The notes below the pieces were generated by a model. The model ran no database searches. It saw only the letters and a list, made by a program, of their open reading frames with translations, and was not told where the DNA came from. From an uncultured Rhodospirillales bacterium (GTDB lineage Bacteria > Pseudomonadota > Alphaproteobacteria > Rhodospirillales > Casp-alpha2), in the NCBI GenBank assembly GCA_963974935.1, contig CAXBEV010000008.1, positions 21,322 to 85,321 on the forward strand: a stretch of DNA of 64,000 nucleotides. The letters run 5' to 3'. The translations under genes were made by a program, and so were the position numbers. Below, one piece after another: positions 37,542 through 49,180 of the stretch (positions are counted from its first letter, which is position 1; every line of letters starts with the position of its first letter).

Positions 37542-38965
37542 GCAACCACCTCCCGTTTAGCGTTAGATGACATGTCGGCGCCCAAAGGGCGGATAGTGCC
37601 GGAAAGACTGTTTGGTTTAGCGCGGTCAATTCTCACGGTGATGATCTCTCCCATCCGGTCTGCGGGCGCGTCCGCATGAACCGCTTGCATGTAGGGGCTA
37701 CGCCCCACCAATTGACCGGGGCGCGCGCCCGGACGATCAAACAACACCGGCAAATCTCGGCCGACACAAGATTCATTAAATGCAATTTGCTGACGGTTCA
37801 GCAGATCCTGCAAAAAGTGCAAGCGCGCCGACTTAACAGGTTCGGGCACTTGGCCATCCATATCCGCCGCCGGAGTCCCGGGGCGTGGGCTGTATTTAAA
37901 TGAATACGCCTGCACAAACCCAACCGATTCAACCATATCCATGGTTGCCTGGAAGTCCGCTTCGGTTTCGCCCGGGAACCCGACGATAAAGTCGGACGAA
38001 AGTGCTAGGTCAGGCTGTGCATCGCGAAGTCGCTGAACAATATCCTTATAGTCACCGGACGAATGACGCCGGTTCATCGCCTTCAAGATTTTGTCCGAAC
38101 CCGATTGCACCGGCAAATGCAGATACGGCATTAATGCCGGTACATCGCGGTGCGCCGAAATAAGATCATCATCCACTTCAGCCGGGTATGACGTGGTGTA
38201 ACGAATACGATCAATGCCTTCGACATCGGCCAGCTTGCGGATCAGGCGCCCCAACGTTAGCTCACCACCGTTACCGTTATCGCCGTGATACGCATTCACG
38301 TTTTGCCCAAGCAGGGTGATTTCACGGACGCCTTTACCGGCCAGCAAACGGGCCTCGCGCAACACCGGGTCAACCGGTCTTGAGAATTCAGCGCCCCGTG
38401 TATACGGCACGACACAAAATGTGCAGAACTTGTCACAGCCTTCTTGCACCGTCAGAAACGCCGCCGCCCCGTCCGGCGCTTGCGCATCGGGCAGCGCGTC
38501 GAACTTATCGTCCGCCGGAAAATCTGTGTCGACCACGGCTTCACCGCGTTGCGCCAGTGTGCGCAGCATGAGCGGCAAGCGGTGATAGGTTTGCGGGCCG
38601 AACACCATGTCGACAAACGGCGCCCGGCGAAGAATTTCTTCACCTTCAGCCTGCGCGACACAGCCGCCGACCGCGATCACCATGGGGCGATCAGAGCCCG
38701 CGCGCGCCTCTTTTTCAACGCGGAGACGCCCCAGTTCCGAATACACTTTTTCAGCCGCTTTTTCGCGAATATGACAGGTGTTGAGAATAACCAAGTCCGC
38801 CGCAAACATATCGGGATCGTTGGCATAGCCGAGCGGCGCCAATACGTCGCCCATCCTGGACGCATCATAGACGTTCATTTGGCAACCGTATGACTTCACG
38901 TGCACGGTTTTTTGTGCCGAATTCCGATCTAAATTTTGTTCGGTGTTCTGCAATGGTGCTCTCAT
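37538..38965 (-). CDS. miaB: tRNA-2-methylthio-N6-dimethylallyladenosine synthase
   Basis: 475 aa with [12 protein letters not shown] (UPF0004 domain), the radical-SAM motif [11 protein letters not shown] and a TRAM domain. Confidence 0.95.
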   Translation of the reverse strand: MRAPLQNTEQNLDRNSAQKTVHVKSYGCQMNVYDASRMGDVLAPLGYANDPDMFAADLVILNTCHIREKAAEKVYSELGRLRVEKEARAGSDRPMVIAVGGCVAQAEGEEILRRAPFVDMVFGPQTYHRLPLMLRTLAQRGEAVVDTDFPADDKFDALPDAQAPDGAAAFLTVQEGCDKFCTFCVVPYTRGAEFSRPVDPVLREARLLAGKGVREITLLGQNVNAYHGDNGNGGELTLGRLIRKLADVEGIDRIRYTTSYPAEVDDDLISAHRDVPALMPYLHLPVQSGSDKILKAMNRRHSSGDYKDIVQRLRDAQPDLALSSDFIVGFPGETEADFQATMDMVESVGFVQAYSFKYSPRPGTPAADMDGQVPEPVKSARLHFLQDLLNRQQIAFNESCVGRDLPVLFDRPGARPGQLVGRSPYMQAVHADAPADRMGEIITVRIDRAKPNSLSGTIRPLGADMSSNAKREVVA

Positions 38966-39091
38966 CGTCCCGACGGGTCCCTTAGCAGCACTCTTTGACG
39001 CTCAGAAAAAATCTGCCGTCTTTGCCGCTGGCGGCGGAACATGATCAGCATCGGGTCCCGTGTCAAGCGGCGCTCCCGAGCACAATAATCG

Positions 39092-39514
39092 TCATTTTTC
39101 GTCTTCTTTAAGGGGGACGCCATAAAGCTCCAGACGGTGCCCGACCAAACGCAGGCCATGATCTCTGGCGACACGTTCCTGCAACCGTTCAATCTCTTCA
39201 TTTTGAAATTCGATCACCCGACCGGATTTCACGTCAATAATGTGGTCGTGATGTTCGTCCGTCGCTTCTTCGTAACGCGCGCGCCCGTCGCCGAAATCAT
39301 GGCGCTCGACAATGCCGGCGTCTTCAAACAAACGCATGGTCCGATATACGGTGGCGATGGATATTTTCGAATCTTGCACAGACGCCCGACGATAGACTTC
39401 TTCAACATCAGGATGGTCTTCGGATGCCGATAGCACACGGGCGATGATCCGGCGCTGCTCGGTCATCTTCATGCCCTTATCGATGCATAGTCTTTCGAGG
39501 CGGGTTTCGTCCAT
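39092..39514 (-). CDS. fur: Fur-family metalloregulator (Fur/Mur type)
   Basis: The sequence contains MDETRLERLCIDKGMKMTEQRR...HHDHIID. I prefer the ATG at 39514. The maximal ORF would start at a GTG at 39541. Confidence 0.8.
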   Translation of the reverse strand: MDETRLERLCIDKGMKMTEQRRIIARVLSASEDHPDVEEVYRRASVQDSKISIATVYRTMRLFEDAGIVERHDFGDGRARYEEATDEHHDHIIDVKSGRVIEFQNEEIERLQERVARDHGLRLVGHRLELYGVPLKEDEK

Positions 39515-39660
39515 ATCGCCCTTAATTCCGGAAAGACTCACATACTAGCCGCAAGGGACTGATCTGTGAAGGGTTTGTAAAGTTTCGGCGGGATCACACA
39601 AAAAACAACGCGGCCACGCTTTGCCCTACATAGAGAGCCCAGCGCGACACGCCGATGTCT

Positions 39661-40086
39661 TTACTTCGCTTTCCGCTTGTTCGTCGAACCGGGCTTGCGA
39701 CCGAGGCCGATTTTCTTTGCAAGCGCGCTCCGCTTTTTGGCGTAGCTGGGTGCGACCATGGGGTAGTCAATCGGCAGACTCCAGCGTTCCCGATATTCTT
39801 CGGGCGACATATTGTATGCGGTCTTCAAGTGACGTTTCAGCATTTTCAATTTTTTGCCGTCTTCGAGGCAAATAATAAAGTCAGGTGTCACCGATTTTTT
39901 GATCGGCACGGCAGGGGTTGGCAGTTCTACCGGTGGCGCCACGGTTCCTAATGTAGAGAACGTCGCATACACATCTTTGATAACTTGCGGGAGTTCTGCC
40001 GCTGCAACCGTGTTGTTGGATGCGTGTGCCGAAACAACTTCGGCGGTCAATTCAAGAAGTTCAGTTTGACTAGGCGTGTCAGGCAT
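39661..40086 (-). CDS. mucR: MucR/Ros-family zinc-finger transcriptional regulator
   Basis: 141 aa with the hallmark block PDFIICLEDGKKLKMLKRHLKTAYNMSPEEYRERWSLP.DYPMVAP.Y. Confidence 0.9.
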   Translation of the reverse strand: MPDTPSQTELLELTAEVVSAHASNNTVAAAELPQVIKDVYATFSTLGTVAPPVELPTPAVPIKKSVTPDFIICLEDGKKLKMLKRHLKTAYNMSPEEYRERWSLPIDYPMVAPSYAKKRSALAKKIGLGRKPGSTNKRKAK

Positions 40087-40263
40087 CGACTCTCAATGCT
40101 CCAATAATTGTAATGTTAAGAAAGCGACGGTTATGAATTTGCAACTTTGGTTGCTTATAATTACTTTCATATTACCACGCAAGGTTTTGGCACTTATACC
40201 TTCAGCCTTAATCTCGCCTGAAAGGCGCACGTAACAAAACCGTCATAACAAAACCGAATACAC

Positions 40264-40536
40264 ATGGATAGAAACGCGCATGCGATGACCGAGTCCGCGA
40301 ACACCAAAAAACAATCATTGGATATCACCGGGTTGATTTGCCCGATGACGTTCGTGCGCACAAAACTCGCCTTAGAAAAATTATCACCAGGCGACATTTT
40401 AGAGGTCACATTAAAAGGGTCTGAGCCGTTGAATAATGTGCCGAGATCAGCCCGCCAACATGGTCATTCGGTACTCTCGATCACCGAACGCGATGATGGC
40501 GCATATCTTGTTGTTATCCGCCGCGAGGCCGTTTAG
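40264..40536 (+). CDS. TusA/SirA-like sulfur-carrier family protein
   Basis: 90 aa with LDITGLICPMTFVRTKLALEKLSPGDILEV, where the Cys is in the conserved position. Confidence 0.7.
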   Translation: MDRNAHAMTESANTKKQSLDITGLICPMTFVRTKLALEKLSPGDILEVTLKGSEPLNNVPRSARQHGHSVLSITERDDGAYLVVIRREAV

Positions 40537-40542
40537 CCGTAC

Positions 40543-41217
40543 TTATGTACCCGGCATCGTAACATCAGGTGTGCGCAAATAAATCGGATCAGGCAACGCT
40601 GTTTCGGGCGCGTCTAAAACATCAAAACCCAACGCAGCGACACTCTCTGCATTCGGCAGAATCGTGGCGGCGAGTAATGGCGCATCGACACGCATCCTCA
40701 TTACCGCCGCCAGCCTAGGCGCGGCATCACCCGCCAAACACACGTGATCAAGCGCGCCCAGCCACGCCGGCACCGCGTCCGGCAACATCGCCGCCGCGTC
40801 TCGCAGTGCCTCACCATTTTGATCGAACACCTGCACATAGACATCATCACGTTTGGTCTCAATCGCGATCAGTGTCGCAGCGCCGTTCGGCACAAACGGT
40901 TTTGCCTGGCGCATCAACACATCAAAGGTCGTGATGCCGAGGCACGGAATACCTGCCGCAAGCGCATATGCCCGTGCCGCCGCAAGCCCAATCCGGATAC
41001 CCGTGAAGGCGCCCGGACCAAGGGTCACCGCAACAGCAGCAATCGCGGAAAAATCAACCCCAGCCTCATCAAGAACGGCTTGCATCATCGGTGCCAGCGC
41101 TTCCGATTGACCGCGCGCCATTTCTGCAGCGCGCACACCGAGACAACGACCATTGCCATCAACCAAAGCCACTGAACAACCGTGCGTCGCCGTATCAATG
41201 CCGAGAATAACCGTCAT
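40543..41217 (-). CDS. tsaB: tRNA t6A biosynthesis protein TsaB (YeaZ)
   Basis: The sequence starts MTVILGIDTATHGCSVALV... and contains VTLGPGAFTGIRIG. The start is trimmed from 41247 to 41217. Confidence 0.85.
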   Translation of the reverse strand: MTVILGIDTATHGCSVALVDGNGRCLGVRAAEMARGQSEALAPMMQAVLDEAGVDFSAIAAVAVTLGPGAFTGIRIGLAAARAYALAAGIPCLGITTFDVLMRQAKPFVPNGAATLIAIETKRDDVYVQVFDQNGEALRDAAAMLPDAVPAWLGALDHVCLAGDAAPRLAAVMRMRVDAPLLAATILPNAESVAALGFDVLDAPETALPDPIYLRTPDVTMPGT

Positions 41218-41251
41218 GTGCACCGTCCGATCCGAGAATACATGCATTACT

Positions 41252-42616
41252 TTAAGTATAGAACAGGTGGCGCACCGCGACTACGTAGGCGGCGACCACA
41301 GTACATGCTAAAAACACCACAGGCGGGCTCCAACGCCAAGCAATGATGTGACTCGGCTGGTTGACGACACGTGCCATGAACAACGTGGTCGCTGAAAACG
41401 GCGAGACCATGGTCGACGTGCCCCACACCCCAAGCATCGCCATCGCCAACACTGCAGGCGGCATACCGATCACTTCCGGCGGCATCACCTCGCCCACCAA
41501 GATCGCCAAGATTACCGGGTGTAGGCCCGCCGCGCCCGCCAGCGTCATGCCGAAAATCAAACAAACAACGACAACGTCACCGGTAATCCCGAACGACTGG
41601 AGTTGTGCTGAGATTATTTCAGGCGGCAATATTTTCGAAACGCCGACGCCGAGCACGGACGCTGCGACAAAGGCCACCGCTTCGTTGCGTAATTCCGGTA
41701 GATTAATAAAGATCCGCTTCGCCAGCGGCAACGCACCACCATGCCAACGTTGGCCCTTTTTCGCTTGAACCGCAGCCCATGCCAACGCGAAAGGTGGCCC
41801 GATCACCCCCAGTGCAACCGGGATCGACAACCCGATGATCTCGTGCGTGCCCATCACGAGGATAATCAGCTGGATCAAGACAATGGCGGCGCGCCCGATG
41901 GTCGAAAGCGTCAACGGCGCATCGTCTCGATGATCACTGGGATTAGGTTTTTCACGCAAGAAAAGGCGGTCATACCCCCAGCCGACAAGCAGCAGTATCA
42001 TCGATAACACAAACCCGAGTGGCGCGATATCGATCCAGCTGACGCCTGGCACCGCGGTTAAGATCACGGCAACGCTAACGTAAAACGGCCCCCAGGTGGA
42101 TGCCACCGTAAAACCCATCATCAAGGCTAAGGATAATCGCTTCTTAAGGCGCTCGTCGGTTTGCTCGCCGGCCATGGTCGAGAGCAAGCTCATCGCCGCC
42201 AAGTTCAGCACCGAGCCCATGAAGTGGGCGCTCAACCACAAAATCGGGTAGCGTCGCCCTGCGGGTTGGCGCACCACGGCGTCACGAAGGGCCCGCAACG
42301 ACGGACTGGTCACCGCCGGCTCACGCAGCCACGTGACCGCGAAGAACATCACCAAGAATATCTGCGCGCGTATCAAACCATCGATCATTGCGCCGATAAG
42401 ATCGCCGGCCAACCATGCCGCAAGCACGCCGATACCGGCGAGCAATAACCCCATGTTTCGCTGCAATGCCGGTGCGCGGCTGATTTCCAGACTAAGAAAA
42501 ATAAGCGTGAGGAAGACGCCGATTTCATCGAGATACGGCACCACCCAAATGCGCGAGACAATCGCGACAACCGCAAGGACCAGATATACGCTCGCAGAGA
42601 CGAAATTGCGGTCCAA
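41252..42616 (-). CDS. Polytopic inner-membrane protein, putative transporter of unknown family
   Basis: 454 aa with about 12 hydrophobic segments. The start codon appears to be TTG. I recognise no diagnostic motif. Confidence 0.5.
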   Translation of the reverse strand: MDRNFVSASVYLVLAVVAIVSRIWVVPYLDEIGVFLTLIFLSLEISRAPALQRNMGLLLAGIGVLAAWLAGDLIGAMIDGLIRAQIFLVMFFAVTWLREPAVTSPSLRALRDAVVRQPAGRRYPILWLSAHFMGSVLNLAAMSLLSTMAGEQTDERLKKRLSLALMMGFTVASTWGPFYVSVAVILTAVPGVSWIDIAPLGFVLSMILLLVGWGYDRLFLREKPNPSDHRDDAPLTLSTIGRAAIVLIQLIILVMGTHEIIGLSIPVALGVIGPPFALAWAAVQAKKGQRWHGGALPLAKRIFINLPELRNEAVAFVAASVLGVGVSKILPPEIISAQLQSFGITGDVVVVCLIFGMTLAGAAGLHPVILAILVGEVMPPEVIGMPPAVLAMAMLGVWGTSTMVSPFSATTLFMARVVNQPSHIIAWRWSPPVVFLACTVVAAYVVAVRHLFYT

Positions 42617-42697
42617 GTCGATCCCCTATGGCAGATCCCCTATGCAGGTCGCCAAAAATGCCGACGACGAACGCCGCAGCTTACGCTTATGTCCGTC

Positions 42698-43288
42698 TTA
42701 TGCCACGCTGCAGGCCTCTGCAAATGCCAAGCGGGGGCTTCGTGGGAACAAGCCTTCTTCCGTCCCGTAACCAATGTTGCAGAGAAAATTCGATTTTACG
42801 TCGGTATTGGCAAAAAATTCAGCATCGACTTTGGCTTTGTCAAAACCCGACATCGGTCCGCAATCCAGGCCTTGGGCCCGTGTCGCCAGCATCAGATACG
42901 CCGCCTGCAAGGTGCCGTTCCGAAACGCGGTTTCTTCGATCAAAGCCTCATTGCCGACAAACCACGCGCGGGCATCCGTATGTGGAAAAAGGTCCGGCAA
43001 TTTTTCATAGAATGCCATGTCGTGACCGATAATCGCCGTCACCGGCGCTTGCATGGTTTTGTCGACATTACCGTCCATCAACGCGGGCTTCAGACGCTCT
43101 TTCCCCGCTGTTGACGTGACAAAAACGATCCGTGCCGGGCTGCAGTTGGCACTGGTCGGCCCCATCCGCGCGATGTCCCAAATTTTGGTCAGCAGCGCAG
43201 TATCGACCGACTGATCCGTCCAGCCGTTGACGGTACGCGCGTCCATAAACAACGTATCTAGGGCGTCCTGACTAAGCGGTTTTTTCAT
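42698..43288 (-). CDS. Nitroreductase-family protein, RutE-like (malonic semialdehyde reductase type)
   Basis: The start is trimmed to the ATG at 43288 ([14 protein letters not shown]). The gene is 196 aa, with ...[15 protein letters not shown]... Confidence 0.75.
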   Translation of the reverse strand: MKKPLSQDALDTLFMDARTVNGWTDQSVDTALLTKIWDIARMGPTSANCSPARIVFVTSTAGKERLKPALMDGNVDKTMQAPVTAIIGHDMAFYEKLPDLFPHTDARAWFVGNEALIEETAFRNGTLQAAYLMLATRAQGLDCGPMSGFDKAKVDAEFFANTDVKSNFLCNIGYGTEEGLFPRSPRLAFAEACSVA

Positions 43289-43436
43289 CAAAGGGCTCCT
43301 ATTATATCGAGGTAAGGCATTGAAAGAGGCTAAGATATCGTGCGATGCATCACAGCCTATGCAATACATCTTGTGCATACTTGTGGACTCGAGGCGGTCG
43401 CGACAAGTTTTCTTGCGATTTCGCCGAAAAACCATC

Positions 43437-44540
43437 ATGTTTGCGCACTTTTTGCGCTACATGTGCCCTGGGGAGTGCGTTTTGACTATTCGAAATTTCT
43501 TTTTGAAGTCGTGCCTAGGCCTGCTCACGTTATTCGGCAGTTATATCTCGCTTGGCACCCTGCCGCACGCAGATGCAGCGCGTGCCGATGAGCCCGCAAC
43601 TAAAGCCGTGGTGATTATGTATCATCGTTTCGGCGAGAATGACTTCCCATCGACCAACGTCACCATGGCGCAATTCGAAGCGCACGTGGCCGAGCTCAAA
43701 AGCGGCGGCTATAACGTGATTTCATTGCCGAAGATCGTCGCCGCGCTACGCAGCGGCGAGACATTGCCGCCGAAAACGGTGGGGCTGAGTGTCGATGATG
43801 CCTATACCTCGGTATTCACCAAAGCATGGCCGATTTTAAAGGAAGCAGGCTTTCCACTGACCGTTTTCGTCGCCACCGACCCGGTCGATAAAGCGCTTTC
43901 GCGCTATATGAGCTGGGATCAGCTGCGCATGCTCGCTGACGAAGGTGTCACCATCGGTAGCCAGACCCAAAACCATCCGCATATGGCGGATTTGGATGTA
44001 GCCGCGATTCGAGACGAATTGATAAGCTCCAACAAACGTTTCGAAGAAGAACTCAACATAGTGCCGGATCTATTCGCCTATCCATACGGGGAAGCCAGCA
44101 ATGAAGTGATGGAATTGGTGCGCTCAGCTGGTTTTGTGGCCAGCTTCGGCCAGCATTCTGGGGGCATCGGCACGGGGACCGAGATGTTCTACCTACCGCG
44201 CTTTGCCATGAACGAGGCGTTCGGCTCCATCGACCGGTTCAAGTTGGCCGCCAATGCGTTGCCGCTTCGGGTCGCAGACATCACGCCCAGTGACCCGACC
44301 ATTGCGGGTGAAAATCCACCGATCATCGGCTTCACGGTGACGTGGCCGGCATCCGGCCTAGATCGCCTGAACTGCTTCGCGTCGCACGTTGAAAGCGTCG
44401 ACCTGCAGCGCTTAGGCTCCAGAATCGAAGTGCGAACGGCAAAGCCGATGCCCGAAGGGCGAACACGTTTGAACTGCACCATGCCCGCCGGCAACGGCCG
44501 CTGGCACTGGTTTGGGCAGCAATACTACGTCCCGAAATAA
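43437..44540 (+). CDS. Secreted polysaccharide deacetylase (NodB-homology) family protein
   Basis: The sequence contains VIMYHRF...LSVDDAY...HPHM. The start is uncertain (ATG at 43437 or 43461, or TTG at 43482 with GGGGAG upstream). A signal peptide [17 protein letters not shown] follows the start. Confidence 0.75.
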   Translation: MFAHFLRYMCPGECVLTIRNFFLKSCLGLLTLFGSYISLGTLPHADAARADEPATKAVVIMYHRFGENDFPSTNVTMAQFEAHVAELKSGGYNVISLPKIVAALRSGETLPPKTVGLSVDDAYTSVFTKAWPILKEAGFPLTVFVATDPVDKALSRYMSWDQLRMLADEGVTIGSQTQNHPHMADLDVAAIRDELISSNKRFEEELNIVPDLFAYPYGEASNEVMELVRSAGFVASFGQHSGGIGTGTEMFYLPRFAMNEAFGSIDRFKLAANALPLRVADITPSDPTIAGENPPIIGFTVTWPASGLDRLNCFASHVESVDLQRLGSRIEVRTAKPMPEGRTRLNCTMPAGNGRWHWFGQQYYVPK

Positions 44541-44546
44541 AACGGT

Positions 44547-45584
44547 TTATGCAGACTCGTCGTCGTTGGTGAGCCGTGCATCGTCGAGCGGGCGAAGATC
44601 GTTCGCCTCGATAATCAGGCGAATACTGTCGACGTATTTCTCGCCCCGCTCGGAATACTTGGTCAACGCGCCGGCAAGGACATGACCGTCCAAAGGTGCT
44701 GCTGTGGCACGCAGTTGTGTACGCACTTTGCGCAGGCTGCGATATGCTGCATGAGTGTTTAAGTTGCGCATATACGCAGATACCGACTGGCCTAATGTTC
44801 CGAAGGCTTTCACTTTATGCGCCATCCCGGCTTCGCGGTCTTGAGGCACTAGCCCATGATCGTTGGCACTGGTCCACTGACCGAACAAAGCGTTACCCCT
44901 TTGCGCAAACCGCGACGTGCCCCAGCCGCTTTCTTCGGCGGCCTGCGACATAGCAAGTGACGGCGGTATAACATCAACCCGCGCCAACAACGTCTGCAGC
45001 TTATCATCACTGGTCTTGTAACGATCTGCCAACACGGCAAGCCACAAGCGATCACCGGGCGACACTTTCTGACCCAAAGCCTTTTCCGTTTTGATGTGCA
45101 TCAAGCGGCGGCGGTCAGCCAGGATACGCTCATTCTCCTGCAAGATTAGCGGCAACATGGTGTGGAAAAATACGGTTTTTTTAAGCGAGACTTCAGGCAC
45201 CGCATGCAGATCGCCCGGCAGTTTAACCAAATAGACGCGCGGGACCGCAGCCCCGGTGCGTTTCACATTTTCAAGGTCATAGCCCATATCGGCAAACGCT
45301 TCGGCCAACAACGTGGTGTCATCCATGACCTGCAAACCAAGGCCACCAGCGATCAACGCGGTCTCAGCGCCATTGGGCGCAACATTGCGGACGGCTTCGT
45401 TCAAGTGCGCGGCTTCGGCGTGCATTTTATCAAATGCAACGCGCGGCGCGGCGGTGACGCCTTTGCTTGGATTGACCATTGTGGCAGCACCGGTCGCGAG
45501 CACAGCGACGGCGGCAACACTCAGAATCATTTTATCGAATCGGCGAGTCGTCATAATTGCTTTCAACGCATCCTTAACAGGCAT
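44547..45584 (-). CDS. Glucosaminidase-domain protein (Bax/FlgJ-like muramidase family)
   Basis: 345 aa with an N-terminal anchor and the C-terminal block SQAAEESGWGTSRFAQRGNALFGQW. Confidence 0.75.
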   Translation of the reverse strand: MPVKDALKAIMTTRRFDKMILSVAAVAVLATGAATMVNPSKGVTAAPRVAFDKMHAEAAHLNEAVRNVAPNGAETALIAGGLGLQVMDDTTLLAEAFADMGYDLENVKRTGAAVPRVYLVKLPGDLHAVPEVSLKKTVFFHTMLPLILQENERILADRRRLMHIKTEKALGQKVSPGDRLWLAVLADRYKTSDDKLQTLLARVDVIPPSLAMSQAAEESGWGTSRFAQRGNALFGQWTSANDHGLVPQDREAGMAHKVKAFGTLGQSVSAYMRNLNTHAAYRSLRKVRTQLRATAAPLDGHVLAGALTKYSERGEKYVDSIRLIIEANDLRPLDDARLTNDDESA

Positions 45585-45780
45585 ACGCCGTCCCTCGTCG
45601 TCCTAAACTGTCGCCCTGGGTATTCCGGTTACTAATTCTTACGAAACGGTATTTTTACCTGTCTCGCAATCGACCGGCTCGGCCACTTCGATGCACCACC
45701 CAATTAGGTTCACCGTGCGACCTATTACGACGGTTTACGGGGATGCGTTTACGAAGTCAAGATAGAGATAATTTGGCCGA

Positions 45781-46335
45781 TTATTCGACCGCGCGAACTT
45801 CCTGAACTTCAGGCACGTAATAGCGCAGCATATTTTCAATGCCATGCTTCAAAGTGGCCGTAGAACTCGGACAACCGGCACAGGCGCCTTGCATGTGCAA
45901 CGACACGATACCGTCTTCAAAGCCTTTAAAGACAATGTCGCCACCGTCTTGTGCGACCGCCGGTCGGACCCGCGTGTCGATCAACTCGCGAATCTGTTTT
46001 ACGATTGGATCGTCATCCTCACTGCCCGCGTCGGCGCCATCTGCCGCATCTTCTTCGATGCTCGGGCGGCCGGACTGGTAATGCTCCATAATGCCGCCCA
46101 AAACCTGCGGGCGTAGGACATCCCACTCTTTATCGTCGGTCTTGGTGACGGTGACGAAGTCAGAGCCCAAAAACACACCCGCAACACCTTCGATGGCAAA
46201 CAAACGAGTCGCCAGCGGTGAGCGAGCGGATTCCGAAGCCTCGGCAAAGTTGGCGGTGCCGTTGCTCATCACGGCTTTGCCCGGTAAAAACTTAAGCGTG
46301 GCTGGATTCGGCGTGCTTTCGGTCTGAATAAACAT
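45781..46335 (-). CDS. NifU-family Fe-S cluster assembly/delivery protein (Nfu_N plus NifU C-terminal domain)
   Basis: The sequence starts MFIQTESTPNPATLKF and contains the CxxC motif GACAGCPSS. The start is trimmed to 46335. Confidence 0.85.
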   Translation of the reverse strand: MFIQTESTPNPATLKFLPGKAVMSNGTANFAEASESARSPLATRLFAIEGVAGVFLGSDFVTVTKTDDKEWDVLRPQVLGGIMEHYQSGRPSIEEDAADGADAGSEDDDPIVKQIRELIDTRVRPAVAQDGGDIVFKGFEDGIVSLHMQGACAGCPSSTATLKHGIENMLRYYVPEVQEVRAVE

Positions 46336-46436
46336 CATTGCCTCCAATTTGGGCGCGTCGGAAATCGTTAAGCTTAATGTGGTCTGTAGTCGCTCTATAT
46401 ACAAGCCGTGCCGCTAAATCGGCGGCGCAACAATGG

Positions 46437-47450
46437 TTAGCGACTTGGTTTCGCATGCAGAAAGCCCATCACGTCTTGGACTTCGCGCAAAACCGGCGCG
46501 GCTAAAGAACGGGCGCGTTCAGCACCTTTCGACAGCACGGCATCGACGTGGCCTTTGTCGGCTAAAAGACGACGGTATTCGTCCTGCATCGGCGCAAGAT
46601 GCGCAACCGCAACGTCAGAGAGCTGATCCTTGAGGACCGAAAACTGCTGGCCGGCAAAGGTGACCACAGCGTCTTCCATGGAAACGTCCGCCAAAGCGGC
46701 GTAAATACCCAACAAGTTCCGGGCTTCAGGTCGGCCTTCTAAGCCTTTGATGCTGTCCGGCAACAAATCGGGATCGGTTTTGGCCTTTTTAATTTTACGC
46801 GCGATGGTGTCGGCGTCATCGGTCATGTTGATACGCGACAGATCCGACGGCTCAGACTTTGACATCTTGCGGGTACCGTCTTTAAGCGACATCACACGGG
46901 TCGCAGTACCTAGGATCAACGGCTCGGGTAGCGGAAACGTATCGGTACCGTAATCGTTGTTGAACTTGGCCGCGATGTCGCGCGCCAGTTCCAAATGTTG
47001 TTTTTGGTCTTCACCGACCGGCACGTGGGTGCCTTTATACAGCAAAATGTCGGCGGCCATCAGGTTCGGATAGGCGAACAGGCCGACGGACGCGGCTTCG
47101 CGATCCTTGCCTGCCTTTTCCTTGAACTGCGTCATACGCCCAAGCCATCCCAGGCGGGCGACACAATTCAGCAGCCAAGCCAGCTCGGCATGGCCGGACA
47201 CCTGGGACTGGTTGAAGATGATATGCTTTTCGGAGTCGATGCCCGCGGCGATCATCGCGGCGGCCACTTCGCGTGTCGACGCGCGGAGCTTCGCGGGGTC
47301 CTGCCAAACGGTGACGGCATGCAGATCGACAACGCAAAACAGGCATTCATAGGTGTTTTGCAACGTCACCCAATTGCGGATCGCGCCGAGGTAATTCCCC
47401 AGGTGCAGATTGCCGGTCGGCTGGACGCCGGAAAAAACACGCTCACTCAT
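46437..47450 (-). CDS. trpS: Tryptophan--tRNA ligase
   Basis: 337 aa with [19 protein letters not shown] and the KMSKS motif. Confidence 0.95.
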   Translation of the reverse strand: MSERVFSGVQPTGNLHLGNYLGAIRNWVTLQNTYECLFCVVDLHAVTVWQDPAKLRASTREVAAAMIAAGIDSEKHIIFNQSQVSGHAELAWLLNCVARLGWLGRMTQFKEKAGKDREAASVGLFAYPNLMAADILLYKGTHVPVGEDQKQHLELARDIAAKFNNDYGTDTFPLPEPLILGTATRVMSLKDGTRKMSKSEPSDLSRINMTDDADTIARKIKKAKTDPDLLPDSIKGLEGRPEARNLLGIYAALADVSMEDAVVTFAGQQFSVLKDQLSDVAVAHLAPMQDEYRRLLADKGHVDAVLSKGAERARSLAAPVLREVQDVMGFLHAKPSR

Positions 47451-47535
47451 GAACTTCGTCCGTGGTTGTTTCGTTGGTTATTAGTAGGATGCAACGCCCC
47501 ATCGGCGGCGGTTATCGCCCGAGACCCTTGAGCGG

Positions 47536-49104
47536 TCAAGCGCTGGGCGTCTTAGGTGGACGCCTGAGCGTACGCTTGATCTCGGCCATCACAAACACAC
47601 CGAACACACGTGCCAAGATGAAATACAATGCGAGGCCCCCCCCGACCAGTGCGGCCAAAGCAGCCCATCTAATCAACCCATGCGCCTGAAGCCACGGCGC
47701 CAAGACGTCGGCACCGCCCCATAAGGCGGCACCCATTAAAGCGCTCGCGACAAGGATGCCGGCACCCCGGCGCAACAGGCGGGTGTCTGGGCTGTAATGA
47801 CGGCGCCGAATCAACACGCCGACCAACAGCACGACGTTCAACCACGCCGACACACTGGATGCCAACGCAATCCCAGCGTGGCCAAGGGGCTGCATCAATA
47901 AAAGGTTGAGCCCGATGTTCACCGCTATCGCCAAGGCCGCAATCTTGACCGGCGTTGCGGTGTCTTCGCGCGCAAAAAAGCCCGGCGTAAACACCCGAAT
48001 GCCGACATAGGCCGGGAGCCCGATGGCATAGGCCACCAACGCTTGTGCCGTCGCGGCACTGGCATCCGCGCCGAAAGCCCCCCGCTCAAACAAGGTGACG
48101 ATGATCGGCTGAGCGATCACCATCAATGCGAAAGCCGCGGGTACTGTGAGCAACATCGCGTATTCGGCGCCCCGGTTTTGCGCATTGTTTGCATCTTCGG
48201 CACTGCCGGCTTCAAGTTGGCGCGAGATCATCGGCAGCAACGCGGTGCCGACCGCAATGCCGACCACGCCCAACGGCAATTGCGTCACGCGGTCCGCATA
48301 ATAAAGATACGACACCGCACCATCGGAAATCGTTGTCGCCAAGATCGTGCCGATCAACAGGTTGATCTGATACAAACTCGCGCCAAACACCACCGGCAGC
48401 GTGCGCCGACCGAGCGTGCGGACTTTTTCGCTAAGGCGCGGGCGGCGCAAGCGGACCGGAAACCCGGCCTGACGGCAATGCCACGTAAGCCAGATAAACT
48501 GCACGATTCCGGCCGCAAAAACGCCCCACGTCAGTGCGCGGCCGGATTGTTCATCATTACCGCCGAACGCCAACAAGGCGGTGATCAACGTGATGTTCAA
48601 AAGCACCGGCGCCGCCGCCGCCGCGCTAAATTTGCCAAGCGCGTTCAACACACCGGATTGCAGCGCCACCAAAGATATAAAAAATAGGTAAGGGAAAGCG
48701 ATCCGAGAAAACTCCGTCGCAACGTCCATTTTGCCCGGCACCGTCTCAAACCCCGGCGCCAAGAACGGCATCAAAACCGGCATCGCGATCTCGATAACGG
48801 CGACAAAAATACCCAGAATAATCGCCAGCACGGCGAACGCCTGTTCGGCAAACTTCATCGCCGCGTCGCGACCTTCGGATTCCAAACTGCGTGAGAACAA
48901 AGGCACGAAAGCGGCAGCGAAGGCGCCCTCTGCAAACAGACGACGAAACAGGTTTGGGAACCTGAATGCGACGACGAACGCATCGGCCATGGCCCCGGCG
49001 CCTAAAAAATTCGCCACCAAAATATCACGGACAAAGCCGAAGACTCGGCTCAGCAACGTCATCGAGCCGATGGCAGATATGGCACGCACGAGGTTCATGC
49101 GCAC
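47536..49104 (-). CDS. murJ: Lipid II flippase MurJ (MviN)
   Basis: 522 aa with about 14 TM segments. The N-terminus is SMTLLSRVFGFVRDILVANFLGAG. Confidence 0.9.
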   Translation of the reverse strand: MRMNLVRAISAIGSMTLLSRVFGFVRDILVANFLGAGAMADAFVVAFRFPNLFRRLFAEGAFAAAFVPLFSRSLESEGRDAAMKFAEQAFAVLAIILGIFVAVIEIAMPVLMPFLAPGFETVPGKMDVATEFSRIAFPYLFFISLVALQSGVLNALGKFSAAAAAPVLLNITLITALLAFGGNDEQSGRALTWGVFAAGIVQFIWLTWHCRQAGFPVRLRRPRLSEKVRTLGRRTLPVVFGASLYQINLLIGTILATTISDGAVSYLYYADRVTQLPLGVVGIAVGTALLPMISRQLEAGSAEDANNAQNRGAEYAMLLTVPAAFALMVIAQPIIVTLFERGAFGADASAATAQALVAYAIGLPAYVGIRVFTPGFFAREDTATPVKIAALAIAVNIGLNLLLMQPLGHAGIALASSVSAWLNVVLLVGVLIRRRHYSPDTRLLRRGAGILVASALMGAALWGGADVLAPWLQAHGLIRWAALAALVGGGLALYFILARVFGVFVMAEIKRTLRRPPKTPSA

Positions 49105-49180
49105 ACCGTGAGCTGCGAATATGGTGCGGACATGGCATGAAGTGCGTCCGGAAGATCAGCGCCGGACCATGCAGCGGCGA

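Noticed and set aside
38962-39201. 79-aa minus-strand ORF bridging the fur 3' end and the miaB start
   Set aside because: It overlaps fur out of frame. It has no SD and no recognisable domain.
41247-41564. 105-aa minus-strand ORF
   Set aside because: It lies out of frame inside the 454-aa membrane-protein gene. Its composition is Gly/Arg/Ala-rich junk.
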